Part shown: positions 38,515 to 50,602 of the stretch, piece after piece | Layout of the letters: every line of letters begins with the position of its first letter | How positions within the stretch are numbered: the stretch's first letter is position 1 | Origin: Octopus bimaculoides | Taxonomy: Eukaryota | DNA length: 64,000 nt | Assembly: GCF_001194135.2 (NCBI RefSeq) | Contig: NC_068981.1 | Coordinates: 178,467,308-178,531,307, forward strand | Direction of reading: 5' to 3' | Made by a program: the position numbers and the translations under genes | Notes under the pieces: model-generated | The model's database searches: none | The model's input: only the letters and a program-made list of their open reading frames with translations | Told to the model about the DNA's origin: nothing

Positions 38515-39314
38515 GTAAGATAAAATATTTTCTTCTGTCTTAAAACTTCTGCCTTGCCACTTTGGTTATCCACTCCTTAAATTAAAAAAAAACAACAAAA
38601 AACCCCAAAACCAGCATAATCACATTAATTCTTTTTTTTTTATGTGTGTTTTGAGATTTAAATCTGTAGCTGCATATATAGGGAAGGGATTTATTGTAGT
38701 TTGATCACTAATTTCACCAAGAAAACATTTTTGGGCCTTTAAGTTGATGGTGAATATTTTCCTGAATTGCTACCATGTATTAACACACAGTTGATATTGG
38801 AAATTTATTAGCATCATTTTGAAAGAAATTTTTCTTTATGGCTTCCTTAGCTATCTTTTGTTTATTTTGAGCAGACATTAAAACTTGTTACTTCTCTTTA
38901 AGCTTAGATCATTGGTAATCATTGATCTAATAATATCAGTTGATGACTTAATTTTGTATTCTATGAAAAGTAACAGTCATATGATTCGTACAAAATGTTT
39001 ACTTTGTAATGTGATTCAGATACTCTATTATTACTTGACAGTTTTAATTGCTGCTTAGAATTGCTCATCTATGTTAAAAAGACGGCTATATTTACTGTTT
39101 GAGAAGGTCATTACTATAAGCAATATTTTTTCCTAAGACAGCATATCAAAATGTAAAGAAAATATGTTTGCTATCTTTTGATTAAATTTCCATGTATGTT
39201 TGGATGCATGCATGCAATCATTGCCTCTATAGTGAGTTGATTCTGAGCTACTCTTGTTCTGCAATGTCCATCTTGGGTTTCATGAATGTTTTGCCCACTT
39301 AATTCCCATTCCAG

Positions 39315-39380
39315 CTGTCTAGATCCAGCTCTATGAGCTCCCTATCTCAAGAAGTGCAGCAGTTGACCCTCAAACAACAG
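39315..39380 (+). CDS. SEC16: Sec16 exon 19 (66-nt symmetric exon)
   Basis: ttccag / CAG|gtaaac; LSRSSSMSSLSQEVQQLTLKQQ matches remembered vertebrate LSRCSSMSSLSREV; phase 0-0. Confidence 0.87.
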
Positions 39381-41947
39381 GTAAACCTCTCCCAACCTCT
39401 CACTCCATCTGTTCACACCGACACCTATGTCATCTTTCTGTGCTTTGTAGATTTACTGATCAATCTTCTTCAGCTTTTTGTAGCAGTAGTTCAGCTTCGT
39501 ACCCTTCTGTAACTGCAGCTTGTAATCCGTTGCATGTTCTCTACTGTGTTGTTCTAATGGATATGATGTTTCATGTATATTAATTGTTTGTGTATATGTC
39601 TGTGTATACATTTAACATGCACATGTTTAATACAAGATGAAACCTGATGATCATGTGTTCTTTCCCTTCTGTATTTGACTGTTAATCTTGCTTTAGCAGT
39701 TTCTCTTTCCAGTCATTATCTAACTCTTCTTATGTAGCACAGTACTGCTATAACAAGCGAGTACTAATTATTATCAACACTGCTATTAGTGCACTTCAAT
39801 TTTCAAAATTTCAGTGAATAGTACTGTGCTTTATTCTAATATATATATATATTTTCCCCCAAATTTAAAAAATTTTCCAGTGAAAATATAGTTTCTTTAG
39901 TTTGGTTTATCTTCACTCCTATAAATAACCTATTTTATTTCCTTTAATAATTATGTAACTGTTTCAGGGTCTTATATTGAGTTATATTACTAAAGAAAAT
40001 AAAAACTAAAAATAAAAAAAGGCAATTTTCATGAAAAGTTTTTGCTGAATATTTTCAACTACACATATTAAAAGACATCTCCAAAAACCTGTTATTCTAT
40101 TTGTAGAATTACAGGACATTTGATATGTATTATAGGTATTGCATCTTTATATATTCTGATACACAAAAATGTTTGTATCTTCACTGAAATCTATCATGAT
40201 ATGATTTTTATATGATTTTTAGTTTTAAGCCTATATGTTTTTAGAGTTAGGCAATCAGTACCAGACCAGACATTTCTGCAGAACTTCACTTGTAAACTGA
40301 AGTATTTTTGGAAGTAGAGGTATTTTTAGTCATTTAGCTCTTTGAATATTTACAGGTTCCAGTTGTTTAAATTTGATTCTGAAATAGTAAATCTTAACTA
40401 CATGGAAATGTTGAGTGAGGAAAAACTAATTTTTCATTTAATACAATCTTGGTTGATAGTATAAAGCACTTTTGAAACTCTGCAGTGAGTAGTTTGGTAG
40501 TGCTGCAATTATAAACAAATACAACCTGTTGATCTATTCTGTTGTTTGTTATTATTCATCCAGAAATGGCAGAGAGGAGCAAAAATCTAAAATATCTACT
40601 GAAAGCTTTTGCAATGGTGAGCAACTTGTAAATGTTTTCATTTGGTTTTGTATGTCAGATATGTGCAGTATATACCTTATTATTGGGCATGTAAATATAT
40701 TAAAGTGCAACTGACTTTCAAAACAATAATAATGCTTTTTTTTTTGTATGTTTGGAAAATTATATTTCTAGAGTTACTGTTTCAATTTTGAAAGCTTTCT
40801 AACAGTTTTGATCTGTTTTCTAATTGGTCTATGTTTGTGTGTTTTCTTTAACTTTCCTACTTCCCATTATTCTAACATGTTATTAACATATTATGTTTAA
40901 TAAATTTATTCTTGGTTTTGAAGTTGACTCTTTTTCTAATGTTGGCATAGCATACTCAACACTTAGAGAATATTATTGATATCTAAATGATGTATTATTT
41001 CTCACTTTAAATTGAAGTCCATCTTTTCTAGTTAAGCTTCCTCTCAGAACAGGGATGCATTATTATAATTATACTGTTGTGGTTATATATCTTTCTGTTT
41101 ATAGTAGTTTATTTTACTGGATGTATAAGATGTAATGTTTACACAGACTTTTGATAGATATTCAGTTTCCTTAAACCTGCTAAGTTTGAATATTCTTCAC
41201 AAATCAAATTTAATATTCAGTTGAATAGTTTTTTCTGTTGAATAAAAATAATTCTCCATTCTGTCAGAGGTTATTTTCAATCTCAGCATTTCTGAATACT
41301 AACAAATTTTTTGTTACTTTATGACCTAACTGATTGTATTTTTTGACCATTTCCTTAATACTAAATATTACTTGACGTTTTTCCCTTGAAAACCCAATTT
41401 TGATATGACTAAATTTACTAAGTATTAATACTTACAATCCTTATATAACACTCTGATGCATTTTGTGTATTAATTTTTATTGACATTATTTTGTACAATA
41501 ATTTACAAACTGATACATTTAAAAATATTTAAAAAATAATTTTGTGATACGGTTTTGTTAATTTAATTTTTTCCTTGATCATTTACTAAAATGATGTATG
41601 CCATCATTTATTTTTTAAATATATTATTTGCATTGTAATATGTTTGTATTTTTTATATTGTTTTCACAGTAGCATGCCAAATATCTTGGATGTTGTGAGG
41701 ATATACAATATGATGCATACTTTTCATTTTCATCATCATTGGGATATTTCCTATCAGATATTAATATTTCATGTATTCTTGGCTTTTTATGTCTGCCACT
41801 GTGTTGTAAACATTTCTTTAATGCATGTAAAACCAAACTAAAAATTAGGTTAGAGTGATATTTCGCAAGTATGGATTGGGTTTCTTAGGTTCCAGTCAGT
41901 CATTTTTAAATTCATTTATTACTAATTCATCTTCTTTTCAGTATTAA

Positions 41948-42296
41948 CCCTTTTATTACTATATTTTTGTTGAAACACACTTCCTTTGATTCAATTAATT
42001 TGGAAATTAATGAATAATTTAGTAAAATAACTTTGTCATTAATATGCTAGCATTCGAAACATAAATTAAGAAGTAATTCGAATGAAAGGTTTTCATTCAG
42101 ACCTCTTTTCACTCTTTAGCATCCACATTACTTAGTCAAATGTAATGCTTGTTTATTCACATTATTCTGATGTGTTGTCTCATAGCTTTGAGATTTTAAT
42201 GATGTTGGGTGGGTGTGAGATGCCGGATTTTCCCAGTTGGAACATAAAACAGGTAGAATATTTAGGTTGAATATGGCCGGTTTAAATGCTAAAGGG
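41948..42296. mobile_element. piggyBac-type MITE (composite of the 33520 and 24079 types)
   Basis: TTAA|cccttt ... gctaaaggg|TTAA; left half like the 33520 element, right half reverse of the 24079 element. Confidence 0.75.
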
Positions 42297-43440
42297 TTAA
42301 AACAGGAAGTTTTTTATTGGGCATTTTTATGCAGGTTGGTATTAAAAAGGTTAATGGGGATTTTATGGATGGGTTCATGATAGTTCGTATTCCAATTGAG
42401 AGATTCATTGGAATTTATTAAATTGTCAGACTTGGTTTTTAATGTTATCAAATATATTTATGCTGTTTGGTACAGTGCATACATACATAGTCGTACATAC
42501 ATATTCACAAGCACACTTTTACTGCACTCCCTCACTGTTTCTTTTCAAAAAGTTTCACATCCAAGTTACTGTTCAACTACTTGAAGTATGTTGCTTATTG
42601 TGTCACACAGGAATGACGGTAGGTTGGGGGGANNNNNNNNNNNNNNNNNNNNNNNNNNNNGGGGGGGGGGGGTAAGAAGTCAGCAAAGGAGTAATGTGAG
42701 AAAGCACAAGATGTACTTAAGTACTTCACTTCTTTTCAGAGCCACTCACCAAGAACAGTTAGTGCCTCCCATTGCTGTTAGCATTCACAGTCATGAGTGA
42801 TTGTTTTTAACTGGAGTTGGCAACAGCTACCCCTATCCTCTATTTCTTTAAAAAAAAAAAAAAAAAAAAATCTAAAAGCAATACAATAGAAGAAAAAGCT
42901 TGTGCAATTTAGATTAAAATTTTTTTTAACCTATATGACTAGAACTTTCTTATACCTCATAGAATTATGTAAACAAAGAGGTACCTGTATGGAGTGAGAG
43001 AAGAAACAAAGAGTGGCACTTGTGGTTTTTTTTTGTGTGTCTGTGTTGGGTCTTAGTATCGTAATTTTCCTGGTCATTCACGCTATTGAATATAGGTGTT
43101 GTAGTAATAATATAATTTATAGTATTAGGAGGAAAAGACATATGTGAAGCAAGAGATACTTGTTGCACTGGATTGGGTGAATCATTGCCTTTATTTCCTG
43201 AGTTCAAACCGCACTGAGGTCAATTTTGTCTTTCGTCTTTTCAGGGTTGATATAATAAAGTACTGGTCTTGTACAGAGGTTGATGTTATCAACTCCCATC
43301 TCTTCCAAAGATTGTTAGCCTTGTGTCAGAATTAGAAGTATTATCATCATTATTATTATTACTATTATTATTGAGAAGGCAACACGCAAGTAGAATCATT
43401 AGCATGCTGAATCATTAGCATGCTGAATTATTAGCATGCT

Positions 43441-43676
43441 TGAAGGCGACGAGCTGGCAGCAATGCTAGCACGCCGGGTGAATTGCTTAGCGGCATTTCG
43501 TCTGCCGTTACATTCTGAGTTCAAATTCCGCGGAGCTCAACTTTACCTTTCATCCTTTCGGGGTTGATAAATTAAGTACCAGTTATGCACTGGGGTCGAT
43601 GTAATGGACTTAATCCCTTTGTCTGCCCTTGTTTGTCCCCTCTATGTTTAGCCCCTTGTGGGCAATAAAGAAATAA
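43441..43676 (+). mobile_element. SINE family C, young, nested in an older family C copy
   Basis: flanked by gaatcattagcatgct (3 copies left, 1 right); older copy resumes at 43677-43865. Confidence 0.9.
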
Positions 43677-44729
43677 GAATCATTAGCATGCTGAACAAAA
43701 TACTTGGTGGTATTTCATCTGTCTTTACATTCTGAGTTCAAATTCTGCTGAGGTTGACTTTCATCCTTTCGGGGTCAATAAGATAAGTACCAATTGAGCA
43801 CTGGGGTCAATGTAATTGATTTACTTCCTCCTCTAAACATGCTGGCTTTGTGCCAAAATTTGAAACTATCATTACTTTGACATATTTCTCCATCGTAGTA
43901 GTTCAGTCATTTGAATGTGTCTGAGATATGATGAAGTAAAATTTCTTTATGATTTTCTTCACTGCCCATTACTTTCTTTTCTGAAAGTTAGTCTGGTTGA
44001 AAGTAACCACTGTGTTGACTCAATCACTTTTAGAATTACCATCTGTTGTATTATAGCAAGTTTTGTAATTGATGGCAGTTGCAACACAATTGCCAAAGAA
44101 TTTCTTGAGGATATGCATTTTTAACCCTTTGTGAGAAGAGGATCTCATGAGACATAGCTCATCATCAGATGAACAGCTTTACTAAACAGCTTATGCATAG
44201 GTTATTTTCCTCAGGAAATTAGGTGTGCCATTCAGAGAGTCTTGCTGGCTGTAGACTGCCCATGACTGCTCTTTGGAAAACAAGGGTAGATAAGTTAGTT
44301 TTAGTTACACAAAGATTTTGGGAAAAGACATGTGGATGTGGCAATTTGGTACAAGTAAATGGAGTAAATTTGTCTGTGGTGCCATTTCTTGTTACACCAG
44401 AGAAGCATTTATTGTGGCAAAACCCCCCTTTCTGCTCTACCGTAGATACAGTTGTCTGTGTTTGTTTTCCTGTGTTGTTTTGTTCTGATTCATATGTTGT
44501 AAATTTAATGTATTGTAAATGTCTTTCATTGTTTTTGTTGTTTAACCACTGGTTGATATGCAAAGTATTAAATTTTTTTTAAAATACATATTTTCATCCT
44601 GTCAGTAACTCAGTGTCTTATGAAGAAACCGATATTATTACTGTGGTTGAAACTATACCATATTTCTTATAAAATTGTGCTTAAGGAGGAAATTATCACT
44701 CTTCCCTACTTATTGTCATCTTCATGGTG

Positions 44730-45584
44730 GATTGGCAAAATTGTTTGAGAAGTATACAAAATGCCTTGCAGTGTTTCTTCCATCCTGAGATCAAATTCCA
44801 CCAGAGCCAACTTTGCCTTTCATCCTTTTTGGGTTGACAAAATAAAGCATCAGCCAAGTACTGGGGCTGAAGTAATTGACTGACCTTTTTCCATTAAAAT
44901 TGCTGGCCTTGTGTTAAAATTTGAAGCTGCTATTATTGTTATTATTGTTGTTGTTATGTGAAGTGGTTGGCACCAGGAAGGGCATCCAACCATAGAAACC
45001 ATGGTAAAGCAGACAGTGGCGCCCAGTGCAGTTCACTCCTATCAAATCATCCAACCCATGGCAGCATGAATAATGGATATTAAATGATGATGATGATGAG
45101 AGATCGACATATTCATAAGAGCCTTGAACAAAATGCTTTGTGGTATTTAGTTGTATCTCTTTTATGTTCTGAGTTCAAAATCATTGAGGAGTCATCTTTG
45201 TCTTTCCTTCTGCTAGGATTGATTAAATAAAGTACCAACGAAGCACTTGAATAGATTATAATCAACTGTTCCCTTAAAACTTGGAACCTTGTATCTGTGT
45301 ATGAAATCTTTTTATACTATTATTGAAGAAAGGGACATGGATTTACAGAATTGTTATAGTATTAGGCAAAATGTCTTGCAGTATTTGTTCTATCTCTTTA
45401 TATTTCGAGTTCAAATCCTGCTGAGGTCAACTTTGCCTTTTATCCTTCTGGGGGCCACTATATAAATGGCTCCTTCCTTACCATCGAATCTTAGTACTGT
45501 GCCTTTGTTAGAAATAATTATTATTAAGCTGGCAAAATCAGTAGGACATGATGAATGATGATGATAATAATAATAATAATAATA

Positions 45585-45629
<45 letters not shown>

Positions 45630-46545
45630 TCTTACATAGGCATAAGACCAGGAATTTGGCATGAGTTAGTCATTTAAATAAGAGTACCAGTTCTTGACTG
45701 GTATTCTAATTTTACTGCCTAACATTCCCTTGTAAATATTTAGTTGTATATCCAGTCAAAATGAGTCATTGTTTTAAAATAATAATTATTAGCATTTTAA
45801 AGATGATTTTCAAAAATTATGTTAATGGGTCAGTCAACAATATTTCTTCTTTTGAAAGGATTTAGTAAAATAAGTTCCACTAATATATACATATTCCAAT
45901 TCATTTGACCAATATCTTTTACTTGGAAAATTGGCTTTATGCCTTGTTAAATGAATTATCATCATCATCATCATTACTATTTTCATCATTATCATTAACA
46001 GTATTATTCTGGCAGTAGAATAGTGGGTTGGTAGAATTGTTAGAGTGTTGGACAAAAATGCATTGCAGTATTTATTCTACTCCTTTACATTCTGGGTTCA
46101 GATTCCTTGCCTTTCATCCTCCCAGGGTCATTATAAAAAGGTACCAGTCAAGTACTTGGTTTGATTTAACCAACTAATCCCTTCTCACCAAATTTCTGGC
46201 CTTTTTCCTCTGTCAGAAATTCTTCTGGCTGTAAGTTGCCTTTAATCTGAATTGCAAGAAGTTACTTGACTTAAATTTTAGGAGAAAATGTCCCAAATTT
46301 CCTGGTGCATCATTTTCAGACAAATGTAAGAAATAATATTGGTTTCAAATTTTGGCACAAGGCCAACACGTTTGGGGGATGGGGGAAAATTGATTCCATT
46401 GACTCCAGTGCTCAACTTATTTTATCTATCCTGAAAGGATGAAAGGCAAAGCTGACTTCCACAGAATCTGAACTCAGATCCTAAAGGCATATGAAATGCT
46501 GCTAAGCATTTTGTCTGGCATGCTAACTGTTCTGCCAGCTTGCTG
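44730..46545. mobile_element. cluster of decayed SINE C/A copies in both orientations
   Basis: repeated ctgagttcaaa / tttcatcct motifs at about 44790, 45170, 45410, 46095 (+) and 46440 (-); (TAA)n run at about 45564-45627. Confidence 0.75.
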
Positions 46546-46983
46546 GCTTAAGTAAGAAATACTATGAAATGCAGTAGTAATACGAAAAGCAAAAATCAAC
46601 TCTAGTAGTACTTGATTCTTAGTTTTAATATAATGGGAATCATCTTTGCTGTACATTGGTCTGGGATTTCTAAAATATACTGGAGCTAACCAAATTAACA
46701 CTCAATGTACTGAGTTAAAGAAGAAAAATAAATAAATAATTGTTATTGTTAATGGTGTCATTTTACTAAGAATATTTTTCCTGTTAATATGTATTAAGTT
46801 ATAAATGCAAATAAAAGACAACTGCACTTATGTTGTTTGTAATTGTTGAAAACTGAAATAAATAAATAAATAAATGTAATGATAAACTCCTAATGAATCT
46901 GTTCAGTAGTCTTACCACCTGTTAGTGTTTCTTGTGAAGAGAATTGTTAAGTAATTGTTGTGTGTGTTCCACTGGCTATATAG

Positions 46984-47100
46984 ATGAAGGATGAGGATGC
47001 TTCCTACCAGTCCCCCTTTGTTCCCTGGTCGACACAGCAGAAGATTTATGAAAGCATTGTGCAGTTCACAAAGTCACCTTCATCTCCTGACCAATACCAG
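46984..47100 (+). CDS. SEC16: candidate Sec16 cassette exon 20
   Basis: tatag / CAG|gtttct; 117 nt, stop-free, phase 0-0, GC-richer than flanks; MKDEDASYQSPFVPWSTQQKIYESIVQFTKSPSSPDQYQ; no homolog recognised. Confidence 0.6.
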
Positions 47101-47420
47101 GTTTCTTGTTTTAAATTTTTAAACGACAAATTTTTGCACTGATGGAACTGGGTGCTAATACGTCACTCTAGCTAAAAGCTTCGAAGAGGTCAGAGTTGTT
47201 AGATCCAAATGGTGCCTAAACAAATCTCTTGAAAGAAATGCTAACTTACTTTGTTAATCCTGCTTTTAAAATTAAGATTGACTGAGACATTTTCAGAACA
47301 CACTTTCAGAGGTGCTTGGTTAAATCACTATGCACATGATTTAGGACTTTGCAATTAACTAAGATGTAGCCAATCCACTGGTAAATCCAAATAGCTTTAT
47401 GCCACATTTAAGTGTGTGTA

Positions 47421-47453
<33 letters not shown>

Positions 47454-49640
47454 AAGAGAAGGAGAGAGTTTTTATTTGCTGTTGCAATGTCACAAATGCA
47501 CTTAAATTTCTTACTGATTTATATTATTTCCCTTATAAAATGACGATTTAAAGAAAAAACAAAAATAGTTATGTTATTTGCTTTTGGTTTCAAGATTAGT
47601 CCTTTTTGAACTGTTTAGTCACAAAGCACTTTAAATTTACTTCCAAATTTACTTCCAAATTACCTTCCTTCACTGCTTTCTGAAATAGTTAAAAAAAAAA
47701 AAAATGTACATGTTTATATTTTTGGTTTCTCCCCTAGCCAGTTCTGCCTTGAATAAACCTGTTCAATGGAGTTAGATAACCAAATCAAAATCTTTGTTGG
47801 GGTTTCTAGCCATAATTATCCCATCTTTGTTTGGTATACTTTTTTCAAGATTTAGGGAATTAGAGTATGAAATTTAAACTATGAAGGTAGTTTCTTCAGA
47901 GAAGTTTAGTTTGTTATACTGAGCATATTGAGTAGTTATGCAGGTGTTGTTCACTTGCTGTTTAACCCCAGGTCAGCTCTGGTCATGCATATTAAGAGTG
48001 ACCATTCCATCTTCATAGACATATTTTATCTCAAGCTACACTCTCATACATGTTCTTTTTTGATAGTTGGTAGAGTGTGTTTGGGGGATTTAGTTGCTAT
48101 TTTTAGCATGTCAATCGACCAAAGAGACATTCACTTATTGTTGTGTCATGTAGCACTATTGAATAAAAGTTATATCTTTATTCTTTAAACCTTAAGTTGT
48201 TTAGCCTGTAAGGGCCTCCTAGAAGTCTTTCAAAATTGTATTGAACCCAGAAAAATATGGAAATTTGAACTTAGTAATAACTACATAACTGTAGCTTTTA
48301 GATGAACTTTAGTAGAAAAGTGTTAGTAGCATCATGTTAATAGTTTTTTTTGTGTTACTGTTCACATTATGTTTTGATCTATATTTTCTGATTATATCTA
48401 AATGACATATTTCTACATCTATACATATCGTATAAATATAAGTAATAATGTTGATATCCACTGTCAAACATAAAGGTTTGCAAGCTGAATATCCCTAGCC
48501 TAAGGATATATTTGTTAAAATATTGTACCTAAAGATGATTGCAGACCAAGTAATAGTATACGTAGTCAAAGCAATGAAGAATTCCTTCTACTCTAATAGC
48601 AATTTTTCTCAATGTTTTCAGATATTTTCTTGTAATTAGATAAATATACTTAAAGATCCTTTCTGAAAAACTATTTCAGGGGTTATATATTGCCAGGTGT
48701 TAAATAAATTTTAGGATGTGTGTGAGGCATTAAGACAGAGCAAGAGAGCCCCTATTACCTTAGGGGGTAATAGAGCCCCTATTGGTTAAAGTCTGTGTGT
48801 GTGTGTGTGTGTGTGTGTGAGATGGAGAAAGATAGTATAACTACTATTGGTTGAATGTTTGGTATGCTATTAGGTTATGTGTTAGCACAAGGTACATTAA
48901 CTCTTTTTTTGTTTTGTAGCTGAAAATAGCTACTATTCCTACATCACAGCTGAGGATCTGCTCTCACAATTCATGCACATTTTATTTTCAGACTAAGCAC
49001 TACTTTCGGCATCGTAGAGAAAATAGTTATAAAGCACTATTTACTGTATTGCACTTGTCAAATGGTGTTGATATAAACTGCTACTTCACAAATTGAGAAA
49101 GAGTTGTCCCCACCAGTAAAATGACAGTAGTTAGATAGTCAATGGTTAGGAGAAATAAAAGGACACTTAAAAGAAACAAGTCACAGCATAATGAAATATG
49201 TGTTAATGCTAATCTCCTAATCCATTTCTTGTTAGAAAAAAAGATTTGAGTGCAGGATCAATGTTAGGATATTTATGATGTTTTCAAATCCCTATTGTTT
49301 TTTTTTTCCTTTCAATTCTTGTAATAAAAATTCAAGGAAGAGGTATATAATTTGTACTGGTTGACTTTAGGGTTAGGGTTGACTTTAGATTAAAAAAGAA
49401 AGTATTGTTATTGCTTTGGCACTTGCTTAGATTAATAATTTGTTTTAAAAAAAAATGCTATAGATATGCTGTATTTGTACTGCTGTTTGGTTAGTTTTTG
49501 CATCTGTAACCAAAGTGATATTGGTGTTACACACATACACAAACATTCAGACATGTATATCCATACATATATATGTGTTTTATATAGGTGTAGGCTTGTA
49601 AATGTATCTTTTACAACTTTTGTTTTTTGTTTCTTTTCAG

Positions 49641-49790
49641 GCTGTACCAGTTTCTTCTGATTCTACCAACCAAACACCATCTGGTAGACCAATGCTATTT
49701 AACCCTGCATCTTTCCAGAAACAGTCTCAACCCACAGCAGCAACTGGTGCTGGCTCTCGGTTGTCACAGCGTCGGATCTATCCAAAATAA
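49641..49790 (+). CDS. SEC16: Sec16 terminal coding exon
   Basis: strong ttttcag acceptor; AVPVSS...PSGRPMLFNPASFQ...SRLSQRRIYPK* resembles the Sec16 C-terminal FxNPA / QRRYP-type tail. Confidence 0.92.
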   Translation, partial: AVPVSSDSTNQTPSGRPMLFNPASFQKQSQPTAATGAGSRLSQRRIYPK

Positions 49791-50040
49791 TGATGGCTAA
49801 TAGATAATTACAGCAGAAACCAAAACAAGACCCAAATCTGTTCAATGGATATGGAAGTAACGACAATTTCTCTAAAGAGGAATAATGATTCCTTGCACAC
49901 ATACTTCAGTGAATACATTTTGATTCAGTCACTGAAAAATCCTCATGTTAATGAACTGAAATGAAAGCCAAATATACACATGCATAAATTCGGAACCCTT
50001 CCCCCAACCACCACTAAACCTGTCTAAAAAGATTTTAATG

Positions 50041-50044
50041 TGTT

Positions 50045-50116
<72 letters not shown>

Positions 50117-50283
50117 TATTTATGTATCTGTGTGAGTGTATGTATGTATGTATGTATGTATGTATATATATATATATATATATATACATACATATTCAAA
50201 CATACACACACACATACACTCATACATATATGTATGCTTGTATATGTATGTGTGTGTATAAATATGTATATGTTCATATATAT

Positions 50284-50320
<37 letters not shown>

Positions 50321-50359
50321 NNNNNNNNNNNNNNNNNNNNNNNNNNNNNNNNNNNNNNN

Positions 50360-50413
<54 letters not shown>

Positions 50414-50480
50414 GCACACATGTACACACACATATATATATATATGTACAGAAGCACACACATACATATATATATTAATA
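50041..50480. repeat. compound (TA)n/(CA)n/(TATG)n microsatellite in the putative 3' UTR
   Basis: direct reading; contains an N gap. Confidence 0.95.
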
Positions 50481-50570
50481 TGTATACACATATAAACAAT
50501 ATTTTATGAAAATATTTTGTATTTTATTGCTTAATTATGTATACTAATTAATATTATCTCAACAATTTTT

Positions 50571-50602
<32 letters not shown>

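Noticed and set aside
43393-43440. CRISPR-like short direct repeats
   Set aside because: No spacers, eukaryotic context, explained as a multiplied TSD
48747-48783. Direct repeat agagcccctatt with an internal 8-bp hairpin
   Set aside because: Too short to separate from a local repair duplication
49367-49378. TTAGGG x2 as an interstitial telomere
   Set aside because: Only two units; within chance expectation
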